Origin: an uncultured Acidobacteriota bacterium | Lineage (GTDB): Bacteria > Acidobacteriota > Vicinamibacteria > Vicinamibacterales > CAVVIG01 | Assembly: GCA_963792785.1 (NCBI GenBank) | Contig: CAWBXO010000002.1 | Location: forward strand, 256,330-320,329 | DNA: 64,000 nt | Direction of reading: 5' to 3' | In this document: positions 57,221 through 64,000 of the stretch, one piece after another | Position numbering within the stretch: the first letter of the stretch is position 1 | Layout: the number at the start of each line of letters is the position of its first letter | Notes under the pieces: generated by a model | What the model was told of the DNA's origin: nothing | The model's database searches: none | What the model saw: only the letters and a program-made list of their open reading frames with translations | Made by a program: the position numbers and the translations under genes

Positions 57221-58051
57221 TCACAACCCGCAGGCCGACGGATCGCCGCCCTCGAGACCCCGCCTCAACGCGGCCACGCAATCCGCCGACGACCCGTGGG
57301 TGAACGAATCGGGGACGACGGACCCCTGGGTCTCGCGTTGGAGCCGGTCGTCGCCGATGGCTGCCGCCGCCTGGAGGCCTTCCTCCGCATCGCCCGGGTC
57401 GAGCAGCCCCCGCGCGGCGGCCGTGTGGCCCCACACGCCGGCTAGGCAGTCTGCCTGCAACTCCTGCCGCACCGATTGCGCGTTGGCCTGGCGCCGGGGC
57501 AGGCCGTCGCCGCCCGACAGCGCTCCGGCCAGATTCTGCACGTGATGCCCGACTTCGTGCGCGATGACGTATGCCTGGGCGAAATCGCCTGGCGCGCCGA
57601 AGCGGCTCTGCAGTTCCTGGAGGAAGCTCAAATCGAGATAGACCTTCCGATCGCCGGGACAATAGAACGGTCCGGTGGCCGCCGACGTGAAGCCGCACGC
57701 CGAGTCGACCGATCCGGAAAACAGCACCAGCACCGGCTTCTCGTAGGCCGCGCCCGAGCGCGCGAAGATCGCGGTCCACGCGTCCTCGGTGTCGGCGAGG
57801 ATCTTCGAGGCGAAGACGGCCTCTGGATCGGACGCCGGGGGCGCGCCCGTCGGGCCGCTGGCCACGCCGCCCGACGACGGCACCGCATCGGATAGCAGCA
57901 GCATCGGATCGATCCCGAGGAAGTAGCTGGCGGCGAGGACCAGGACGATCCCGCCGATGCCGAGGTGGACCGGCCGCAGGCCGGCACCGCCTCCCGCCAT
58001 GCCGCGCCGATCTTCGACCTTGTCGCTTTCCCTCGTGCCGCCCAGTCTCAT
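57221..58051 (-). CDS. YpfJ-family putative neutral zinc metallopeptidase
   Basis: 'SDKVEDRRG', one TM, 'GPFYCPGDRKVYLDLSF', and 'FAQAYVIAHEVGHHVQN' (HExxH). Confidence 0.85.
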   Translation of the reverse strand: MRLGGTRESDKVEDRRGMAGGGAGLRPVHLGIGGIVLVLAASYFLGIDPMLLLSDAVPSSGGVASGPTGAPPASDPEAVFASKILADTEDAWTAIFARSGAAYEKPVLVLFSGSVDSACGFTSAATGPFYCPGDRKVYLDLSFLQELQSRFGAPGDFAQAYVIAHEVGHHVQNLAGALSGGDGLPRRQANAQSVRQELQADCLAGVWGHTAAARGLLDPGDAEEGLQAAAAIGDDRLQRETQGSVVPDSFTHGSSADCVAALRRGLEGGDPSACGL

Positions 58052-58111
58052 CGCGGAGATCCTCTCACGGGCCGGTGACGGATCGAGGCGGCCGCGGCGC
58101 GGCCGCGGGCG

Positions 58112-59638
58112 TCAGGCGCCTTCGCCGGGCATCGCGAGGTCGGGCATCGGGCGGGCGACGAAGAACCGGCGCACGGCCATGCCGAGATAGCGAGCCGAGC
58201 GCGTCGAGCGGGCGACGCGCGCGCTGTCGGTCGCGATGCCGGTGTTCGCGTACATCTGGCGGTACAGCTTCGAGATCAGGACGAAGGCGAGCCGCGACTT
58301 CAGCGACTTGACCACGTGCGCCCGCGACCAGATGTTGGTCCAGTTGTAGAAGCGATCCCAGGCGCCCTGCGCGCCCACGCGAATCTGCTCGAGCGACATC
58401 GTCGGGTGCGGCGTGAAGAGCTTCGGGCGCCGCGCCTCGGGGATGAGCCAGTGCTGCGTCACCGACACGCCGTCGATCGTCTTGTCGCGGTTCTTCGGAT
58501 CGGCGGCCCACTTCTCGAAGTCCACGGTGCCGGGGAAGGGCGTCAGCAGGACGAACTGCGCGAACGTCAGGTCCGCCTTCTCGGCGAGCGCGACCGTCGT
58601 CGCGAACGTGTCCTCGCGATCGCTCGGCAGGCCGAAGATGAACGAGCCGAGCACGTGGACGCCGTGCTTGCGGAACTGCTTCAGGCGCGCGACGAGCTCG
58701 TCGCCGTACAGGTTGAAGCCCTTGTAGACGTCCTTCAGGCCTTCCTTGCTCACCGACTCGACGCCCACGAGCGCCCCGCGGATGCGCGCGCGCTGCATCG
58801 CGTCGAGGAATTCGGGATCCTCCGCCGCTTCCATCGTGATCTGCGTGAAGAAGATGAGATCCGACGGCAGCTTCGAGAGCTTCTCCATCAGGTCGAAGCG
58901 CTCCTGGCGCAGCGCCTGAAGCTCGTTGAGGCGCGTCGGGTCGGACCGCCGCTTCGCCTGCGCGATGTCGTCGAAGGTGACGGGATAGAAGTTGTCGTCG
59001 GCGAGCGCGATGAACTTGAAGCCGAGGCGCCGCAGTTCGACGACCTCGCGCACCACGGGATCCACGCCGCGCTGGCGCGGCTCCTGACCGTCGGTGCGCC
59101 ACACCGAACAGAACGAGCAGTGCTTCGGGCAGCCGCGCACGGTCTGCACCGACGCCCACATGTAGCGATCCTTCGGCAGAAGATCCCAGCGCGCGGGAGA
59201 AAACTCCTTGCCCGCGATCTGCCCGCCGTCGTACAGCGGCTTGGGCTGTCCGGCCAGGCAATCCGTCACCACCTGCTGCCACATCATGTCGCCGTCGCCC
59301 TTGACGACGGCGTGCGCATTGCCGTGCTCGCGCACCTCGTCGGGAAACAGCGTCGCGTGGATGCCGCCGAACACGACCCACGCCCCGCGCTCGCGCGCCT
59401 GGCGGCCGATTTCATAGCCGCGCAGCGCGTTGCCGGTGTGGATCCCGATCCCGACGACGTCGCCCGGCGCGATGGTGTCGAAGTCCATCGAGTCCAGCGT
59501 CTCGTCGACGATGAGGGGATCGCCCCACTGGGTGCCGGTCGCCGCCGCGAGGACGTATAACCAGCGCGGCGTAATGACCGCCACGCCGAAGGCTCGGGCG
59601 CTCGGGTTGACGAGATGAATGCGCGGGGATGTCGGCAT
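58112..59638 (-). CDS. B12-binding-domain radical SAM protein
   Basis: The N-terminal cobalamin-binding-like Rossmann part is 'DVVGIGIHTGNALRGYEIGRQARERGAWVVFGGIHATLFPDE'. The radical SAM cluster is 'VRGCPKHCSFCSVW'. The long ORF is trimmed to ATG 59638 ('MPTSPRIHLVNP'). Confidence 0.85.
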   Translation of the reverse strand: MPTSPRIHLVNPSARAFGVAVITPRWLYVLAAATGTQWGDPLIVDETLDSMDFDTIAPGDVVGIGIHTGNALRGYEIGRQARERGAWVVFGGIHATLFPDEVREHGNAHAVVKGDGDMMWQQVVTDCLAGQPKPLYDGGQIAGKEFSPARWDLLPKDRYMWASVQTVRGCPKHCSFCSVWRTDGQEPRQRGVDPVVREVVELRRLGFKFIALADDNFYPVTFDDIAQAKRRSDPTRLNELQALRQERFDLMEKLSKLPSDLIFFTQITMEAAEDPEFLDAMQRARIRGALVGVESVSKEGLKDVYKGFNLYGDELVARLKQFRKHGVHVLGSFIFGLPSDREDTFATTVALAEKADLTFAQFVLLTPFPGTVDFEKWAADPKNRDKTIDGVSVTQHWLIPEARRPKLFTPHPTMSLEQIRVGAQGAWDRFYNWTNIWSRAHVVKSLKSRLAFVLISKLYRQMYANTGIATDSARVARSTRSARYLGMAVRRFFVARPMPDLAMPGEGA

Positions 59639-59660
59639 GAAGTCTTTTGGTCCGGCTAGT

Positions 59661-59861
59661 CTAGTCCGGCAAGGCGGCTGCCGTCGGGTCATCCACCACA
59701 AGGCGGACGACCCTGAACTGCGCCACTTCGGTCTGGGCGGTGACCGCGATCTTGTCGGAGGCCGGCACGCGCGGCACGCAGCCGCGCGAAAGCTGGCCGG
59801 CCCGGAGGCCAGCCAGCACGGCAAATTCGAACGCCCCGATGGAGAGGGGACGTCTGATCAT
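59661..59861 (-). CDS. Possible RNA polymerase omega subunit-like small protein
   Basis: 66 aa. 'GAFEFAVLAGLRAGQLSRG' weakly resembles the RpoZ 'NRFELVLLAAKRARQL' helix. It starts 3 nt after the RRM gene's stop. Low certainty. Confidence 0.3.
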   Translation of the reverse strand: MIRRPLSIGAFEFAVLAGLRAGQLSRGCVPRVPASDKIAVTAQTEVAQFRVVRLVVDDPTAAALPD

Positions 59862-59863
59862 GG

Positions 59864-60178
59864 TTACCAGCGCGGCTCGCGACGGCGTCCGCCGCCGCCG
59901 CCGCCGCCGAACCCACCACCGGCCGAGGCCGGCTTCGGGCGCGCCTCGTTCACGGTGAGGCCGCGGCCTCCCATCTGGTAGTCGTTCAGGTCCGCGATGG
60001 CCTTCTGGGCCTCCTCGTCCGTGCTCATTTCCACGAACGCAAAGCCACGCGCGCGGCCCGTGGCCATATCGCGCATCACCTTGACGCTTTCCACGTTGCC
60101 GGCCTTGGAAAAGAGCTCCTGGAGCTCGCCTTCCTCGGTCTGATAGGGGATGTTTCCGACGTAGAGCTTCCGGCCCAT
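59864..60178 (-). CDS. RRM-type RNA-binding protein with Gly/Arg-rich tail
   Basis: RNP2 'KLYVGNI', RNP1 'RGFAFVEM', and the tail 'GGGFGGGGGGGRRR'. Confidence 0.85.
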   Translation of the reverse strand: MGRKLYVGNIPYQTEEGELQELFSKAGNVESVKVMRDMATGRARGFAFVEMSTDEEAQKAIADLNDYQMGGRGLTVNEARPKPASAGGGFGGGGGGGRRREPRW

Positions 60179-60500
60179 GACGCTGACTCCTCTTGAAAAA
60201 AATAGAGATCGACGCTCGATCCCACACGAACAGATCGAGGGGATATCGTCTCTTTGCTTAGGCTGATCTTCAAGGAGAAGCGAGTCAGGACGGAAACTCG
60301 TGACACCCAAGGAGGCGGCTCACAGCAAGTGGCAAAATCCACCGCCGATACTACCACAGTCGCCCTGTGTTATGATGTGACCTCGGTTCTTGCCACGCGC
60401 TCTGCTGTCTGTAGGCGTAACGAGCCTTCCCTGACTCGGTCCTCCTCAAGTCCTGCTTAGCTCCGAGGCCTGTTCGTCCACCAGTTTCCGGAGCTTTGCC

Positions 60501-61763
60501 ATGTCTTTTTCGACCCTCGGTCTCTCGCCCTCGTTGTGTACACCGCTCGCCGGCCTGGGCTACACCCAGCCCACGCCCGTCCAGATGGAAGCGATTCCCG
60601 TCGTCCTCACCGGCCGCGACCTGCTGGCGCGCGCGCAAACCGGCACCGGCAAAACGGCCGCCTTCGGCCTGCCGATGATCGACCGCCTGATGCTCCGCAG
60701 CCCGCGCCCGGCCCGGCCGCGCACGCCGCGCGGCCTCGTCCTCGTGCCCACGCGCGAGCTCGCCATCCAGGTGCACCGCGCCCTGGTCACCTACGGCGCG
60801 CCCGCCCGGCTGCGCGCCGCCGCCGTGTTCGGCGGCGTGAATATCCGCCCGCAGATGCAGGAGCTCCAGCGCGGCCTGGAAGTCGTCGTCGCCACGCCGG
60901 GCCGGTTGATCGACCACATGCAGCAGCGGACGATCGATCTGTCGGGCGTCGAGGTGCTCGTCCTCGACGAAGCGGATCGCATGCTGGACATGGGCTTCCT
61001 GCCGTCGCTCCGGCGCGTGCTGGCCGCGCTGCCGCGCGACCGGCAGACGCTGCTCTTCTCGGCCACGTTCTCGCCCGAGGTCGTGCAGCTCTCGGCGGGA
61101 TTCACGAAGGAGCCGGCGCGCGTGGACGTGTCGGCCGGACAGGGCGTGCCGCCCACCGTGTCGCACCTCGTCCATCACATCGCCGACGGACGCAAGGGCG
61201 ACGCCCTCCGGCACGTGCTGACGCAGCCGCCGGTCGGCCAGGCGCTCGTGTTCTGCAAGACGAAGCGCGGGTCCAACAAGGTGGGCGAGTACCTGGAGCG
61301 CGCCGGGATCAAGGCCGCCGTCATCCACGGCAACAAGAGCCAGGGCGCGCGCAACCGCGCGCTCGGCGACTTCAAGGCCGGCCGCGTGGCCGTGCTCGTG
61401 GCCACTGACATCGCGGCGCGCGGCCTCGACATCGTGCAGCTGCCGCTGGTGGTGAACTTCGACCTGCCGATCGTCGCCGAGGACTACATCCACCGCGTCG
61501 GCCGCACCGGGCGCGCCGGCCTCACCGGGCAGGCGATCTCGCTCGTCTCGTCGGCGGACCGGACGCTCCTGCACGGCATTCAGAAGCTGCTGCCGGCGCC
61601 GCTCGAGCAGGCCGCGCTGACGGGCTTCGAAGCCACCGGCGCGTCGCTCGCCCCGGTCCCGTCGCGCCAGCCCGGCCGCCGCCCCGGCTACCGGCCGCCG
61701 GCGCATCGCGGGGCGCCCGCGCGTCACGGCGCGCCTCGCCGTTCCGCCGCCGGCTCGCGCTGA
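60501..61763 (+). CDS. rhlE: ATP-dependent DEAD-box RNA helicase (RhlE-like)
   Basis: 'MSFSTLGLSP...YTQPTPVQMEAIP' (Q motif), 'AQTGTGKTAAF', 'DEAD', 'SAT', 'HRVGRTGRAG', and a basic C-terminal tail. The N-terminus is very similar to E. coli RhlE. Confidence 0.9.
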   Translation: MSFSTLGLSPSLCTPLAGLGYTQPTPVQMEAIPVVLTGRDLLARAQTGTGKTAAFGLPMIDRLMLRSPRPARPRTPRGLVLVPTRELAIQVHRALVTYGAPARLRAAAVFGGVNIRPQMQELQRGLEVVVATPGRLIDHMQQRTIDLSGVEVLVLDEADRMLDMGFLPSLRRVLAALPRDRQTLLFSATFSPEVVQLSAGFTKEPARVDVSAGQGVPPTVSHLVHHIADGRKGDALRHVLTQPPVGQALVFCKTKRGSNKVGEYLERAGIKAAVIHGNKSQGARNRALGDFKAGRVAVLVATDIAARGLDIVQLPLVVNFDLPIVAEDYIHRVGRTGRAGLTGQAISLVSSADRTLLHGIQKLLPAPLEQAALTGFEATGASLAPVPSRQPGRRPGYRPPAHRGAPARHGAPRRSAAGSR

Positions 61764-61794
61764 CGCGCGGCAAGCGCCTGCTACAATCCGGCGC

Positions 61795-62151
61795 ATGGTG
61801 CGCGTCGACGTGCTCGGCGATCGCGTGGTCTTCGACGTCGAGGGCCTCGATCAGCTGTGGGCGCTGAAGGGCCGCCTCGAGATTCCACGCGCACACGTCA
61901 CGGGCGCCGAGTACGACCCGGACCAGGTCGGGCGCTGGTGGCACGGATGGAAATTGATGGGGTCGGACCTCCCCGGTGTGTTCGCGGCCGGGACGTTCTA
62001 CTATCACGGCGAGCTCGTGTTCTGGGACGTCCACGATCCCGGGCGGACCGTGATCGTCTCGCTCGATCACGAACGCTACAAGAAGCTCATCATCGAGGTG
62101 GACGACCCGCCGGCGGTCGTCTCGCGCCTTCGCGCCGCCGCGATCGCCTGA
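61795..62151 (+). CDS. Hypothetical protein
   Basis: 118-aa ORF with coding-like composition. No family recognised. Confidence 0.45.
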   Translation: MVRVDVLGDRVVFDVEGLDQLWALKGRLEIPRAHVTGAEYDPDQVGRWWHGWKLMGSDLPGVFAAGTFYYHGELVFWDVHDPGRTVIVSLDHERYKKLIIEVDDPPAVVSRLRAAAIA

Positions 62152-62157
62152 TCGGCC

Positions 62158-62619
62158 CTACCTCGGGTTCATCACCAGTTCGATCTGGTTCCCGTCCGGA
62201 TCCTTCACGAACGCGTAGTGCAGACCCTCGCCGGACACCGCGGGCGGGCGCATCAGCGTGCCGCCGTTCGCGGTGACCGACGCGATGGCCGTGTCGAGAT
62301 CCGGCACGTCCAGGATCAGCGACGCCATCGCCCCGGCAGGCGTGTTCGCCGGGCGGGTCATGACCACGATCGACGCCGACGCCGCCTGCCGGGCGGCGTC
62401 GCTGGTCGACCCTGCATTCAGCACGATCTCGATCGACCGCCCGCCGGCGGGCGGCCGGCGCGTCTCCGACATGCCGAACGCCTTTTCGTAGAACGCCGCG
62501 ATCGCCACGGGATCCGTCGCGAGCACGCGAACGGCCCGCACGTGGATCCCGGTCTCCTGGGCGCCGGCGCCCGCCGCCGCCAGCACACCCGCCGCCAGCG
62601 CCACCATCAGATGCTTCAT
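62158..62619 (-). CDS. Secreted VOC-family (glyoxalase/bleomycin-resistance fold) protein
   Basis: Signal peptide 'MKHLMVALAAGVLAAAGAGAQ'. 'AIAAFYEKAFGM' and 'HYAFVKDPDGNQIELV' are typical VOC beta-alpha-beta-beta-beta motifs. Confidence 0.7.
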   Translation of the reverse strand: MKHLMVALAAGVLAAAGAGAQETGIHVRAVRVLATDPVAIAAFYEKAFGMSETRRPPAGGRSIEIVLNAGSTSDAARQAASASIVVMTRPANTPAGAMASLILDVPDLDTAIASVTANGGTLMRPPAVSGEGLHYAFVKDPDGNQIELVMNPR

Positions 62620-62650
62620 GGCCGTGATTATGGGCCGCGGCCGCCGCAAG

Positions 62651-63979
62651 TCAACCGCCGATCGCGGGACGGGGATCCGCCGTCGCGTCGTAGCCGCTCG
62701 GACAGTCCTCGGTCAGCCGGTACAGCGTCGTCGGCGGGAATCCCCGATCGACGCCGAGCCCGACGCGTTCCAGCCAGCCGTCACGAGACGTCTGGGGCAT
62801 GAACGTGGCGACCACGTCTCCGGTCGCGCAGCGATAGTTGGGGGGTTCGGGATCCCCGGAGGGCCAAATCAGGAAACGCGCGCGGTCCGGGGGCTCGTCC
62901 GCGGCGGGCGCATCCGTCGTCGGGGCGAACCACCGCGTCCAGTCCGCCGGGCTCGCCGCGGAGACCAGGCGGTACTCGGAGCCTTCCTGCTCGACCGCCC
63001 AGAAGTAGTACGGCAGCGGACCCGCGACGATGGAGCCGGGCGGGACGTGGTCCTGCACGAATGCCGCGACCGGCGCCGGGTCGCGCGCGTCCCACGTCGC
63101 GGCGATCCGCGCGTAGCGCACGCCCGCCACGAGGACGTCGCAGGCCAGGAGCAGGCTCAGCGCGGCCGCGCACGCGCGGCCCAGGCCCTCCGGCCGCGCA
63201 GGAATCGCCGTCACGCAGGCCAGGGCCGCGATCAGCAGCGGCAGGGCGATATAGGTGGTGAAGGCGAACGTGAGGTTCGTGATGGCGATCCCGATCGCGA
63301 GCGTCAGCAGGCCCGTCGCCAGCGCCGCCGCCGCCGCGGCCCGACGCCGATCCCTGACGATGCCTGCGGTGAGCGGCCACAGGCTGAGCCCGCCGAGCAC
63401 GAGCGCGAACGCCGGCGTCAGCGCGCGCGACGGCAGGAACGCCCAGGCGCGGGATGCGCGCGGCAGCAGGGCCACGTCCTTGTCTTCGTTCGCCGCAACG
63501 CGTGCCAGCCGCGACAGCCAGCCGGCGGCGCCGCCGGGCTGTGAGAGGACCCAGGCGCCCAGGCCGATCGCGAGCACGCCCAGGGCCACGGCGATCAGCA
63601 GGCGGGCCGCGCGCCGATCGTCGGGCCGCCCCCACGGCAGCCAGATGCCGCAGACGGCGCAGGCGAGGATGAACGGATACGTCCTCGGTGTCGTGAGCGC
63701 GGCCAGCGTCAGCAGTCCCCCGCACGCGAGGGCCCATCCGAGACGGCGTGGCTCACGCGTCAGCGCCGCGGCGAACGCCGCCAGTGCGGCGACCTCGAAG
63801 CCGACGGCGAGGAGGTCCATCGAGCCGGCCGTCGCGTGAAAGCCGACTTCCGGGGTGAGCAGCGTGAGCGCGCCGACGAGCGCGGCCGGACCCGCGCGGC
63901 CGCCGATCTGGTACGCGAGCCCCGCCGCCGCCACCGCGACGAGCCACGCGGCGAACAGGCTGATCAGCCGCACGCTCAC
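62651..63979 (-). CDS. Multi-pass membrane protein, GT-C-like (ArnT/PMT_2-type glycosyltransferase-like); possibly 5'-truncated by the window edge
   Basis: About 10 hydrophobic helices followed by a soluble C-terminal about 130 aa. The reading frame is still open at the window end. The family call is tentative. Confidence 0.45.
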   Translation of the reverse strand: MSVRLISLFAAWLVAVAAAGLAYQIGGRAGPAALVGALTLLTPEVGFHATAGSMDLLAVGFEVAALAAFAAALTREPRRLGWALACGGLLTLAALTTPRTYPFILACAVCGIWLPWGRPDDRRAARLLIAVALGVLAIGLGAWVLSQPGGAAGWLSRLARVAANEDKDVALLPRASRAWAFLPSRALTPAFALVLGGLSLWPLTAGIVRDRRRAAAAAALATGLLTLAIGIAITNLTFAFTTYIALPLLIAALACVTAIPARPEGLGRACAAALSLLLACDVLVAGVRYARIAATWDARDPAPVAAFVQDHVPPGSIVAGPLPYYFWAVEQEGSEYRLVSAASPADWTRWFAPTTDAPAADEPPDRARFLIWPSGDPEPPNYRCATGDVVATFMPQTSRDGWLERVGLGVDRGFPPTTLYRLTEDCPSGYDATADPRPAIGG

Positions 63980-64000
63980 GCGGCGGACGCCGACCGTGTT

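Overview
Very GC-rich bacterial chromosomal segment (judged by eye, not computed). It is probably Acidobacteriota, inferred from an ADOP-type duplicated MacB/FtsX permease and the overall gene content. Coding density is high. I found no rRNA, CRISPR array, transposase, integrase or phage genes.

Gene content, left to right:
- 0.1-6.2 kb: a wza-wzc-priming glycosyltransferase exopolysaccharide operon.
- 6.5-7.3 kb: a frameshifted NarL-type response regulator.
- 8-18 kb: housekeeping and envelope genes (rsmH paralog, TlpA-like redoxin, DUF481 outer membrane protein, two DedA genes, ferredoxin, dcd, GNAT).
- 18.3-20.4 kb: a disrupted S8 peptidase with a Trp-rich nonapeptide repeat tail.
- 20.6-29.5 kb: a co-directional cluster of BBE oxidase, radical SAM/SPASM, MacB-type ABC, CrtC/AttH-like protein, methyltransferase and GT4.
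- 31.7-33.5 kb: an HgcAB-like fused corrinoid/ferredoxin membrane protein translationally coupled to a SAM methyltransferase.
- 36.8-44.0 kb: a complete selenocysteine-decoding locus (tRNA-Sec, selA, selB, selD).
- 45.2-49.2 kb: a TonB-dependent receptor and a MerR-controlled envelope operon.
- 50.6-56.5 kb: a PadR-associated OMF-RND-MFP efflux operon.
- 56.7-64 kb: assorted genes (iron permease family, YpfJ peptidase, B12-radical SAM, RRM protein, rhlE, VOC, GT-C-like membrane protein).

Most notable points:
- selD carries an in-frame UGA aligned with the E. coli active-site Cys.
- The neighbouring redoxin-DsbD_N fusion is a second UGA-containing selenoprotein (W-U-P-Y-C) with a SECIS-like hairpin downstream.
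- The OMF and RND genes are riddled with frameshifts (about 4 and about 20 by manual tracing), while the adaptor gene is intact.
- All start and frame assignments are manual. No database search or RNA folding was run.
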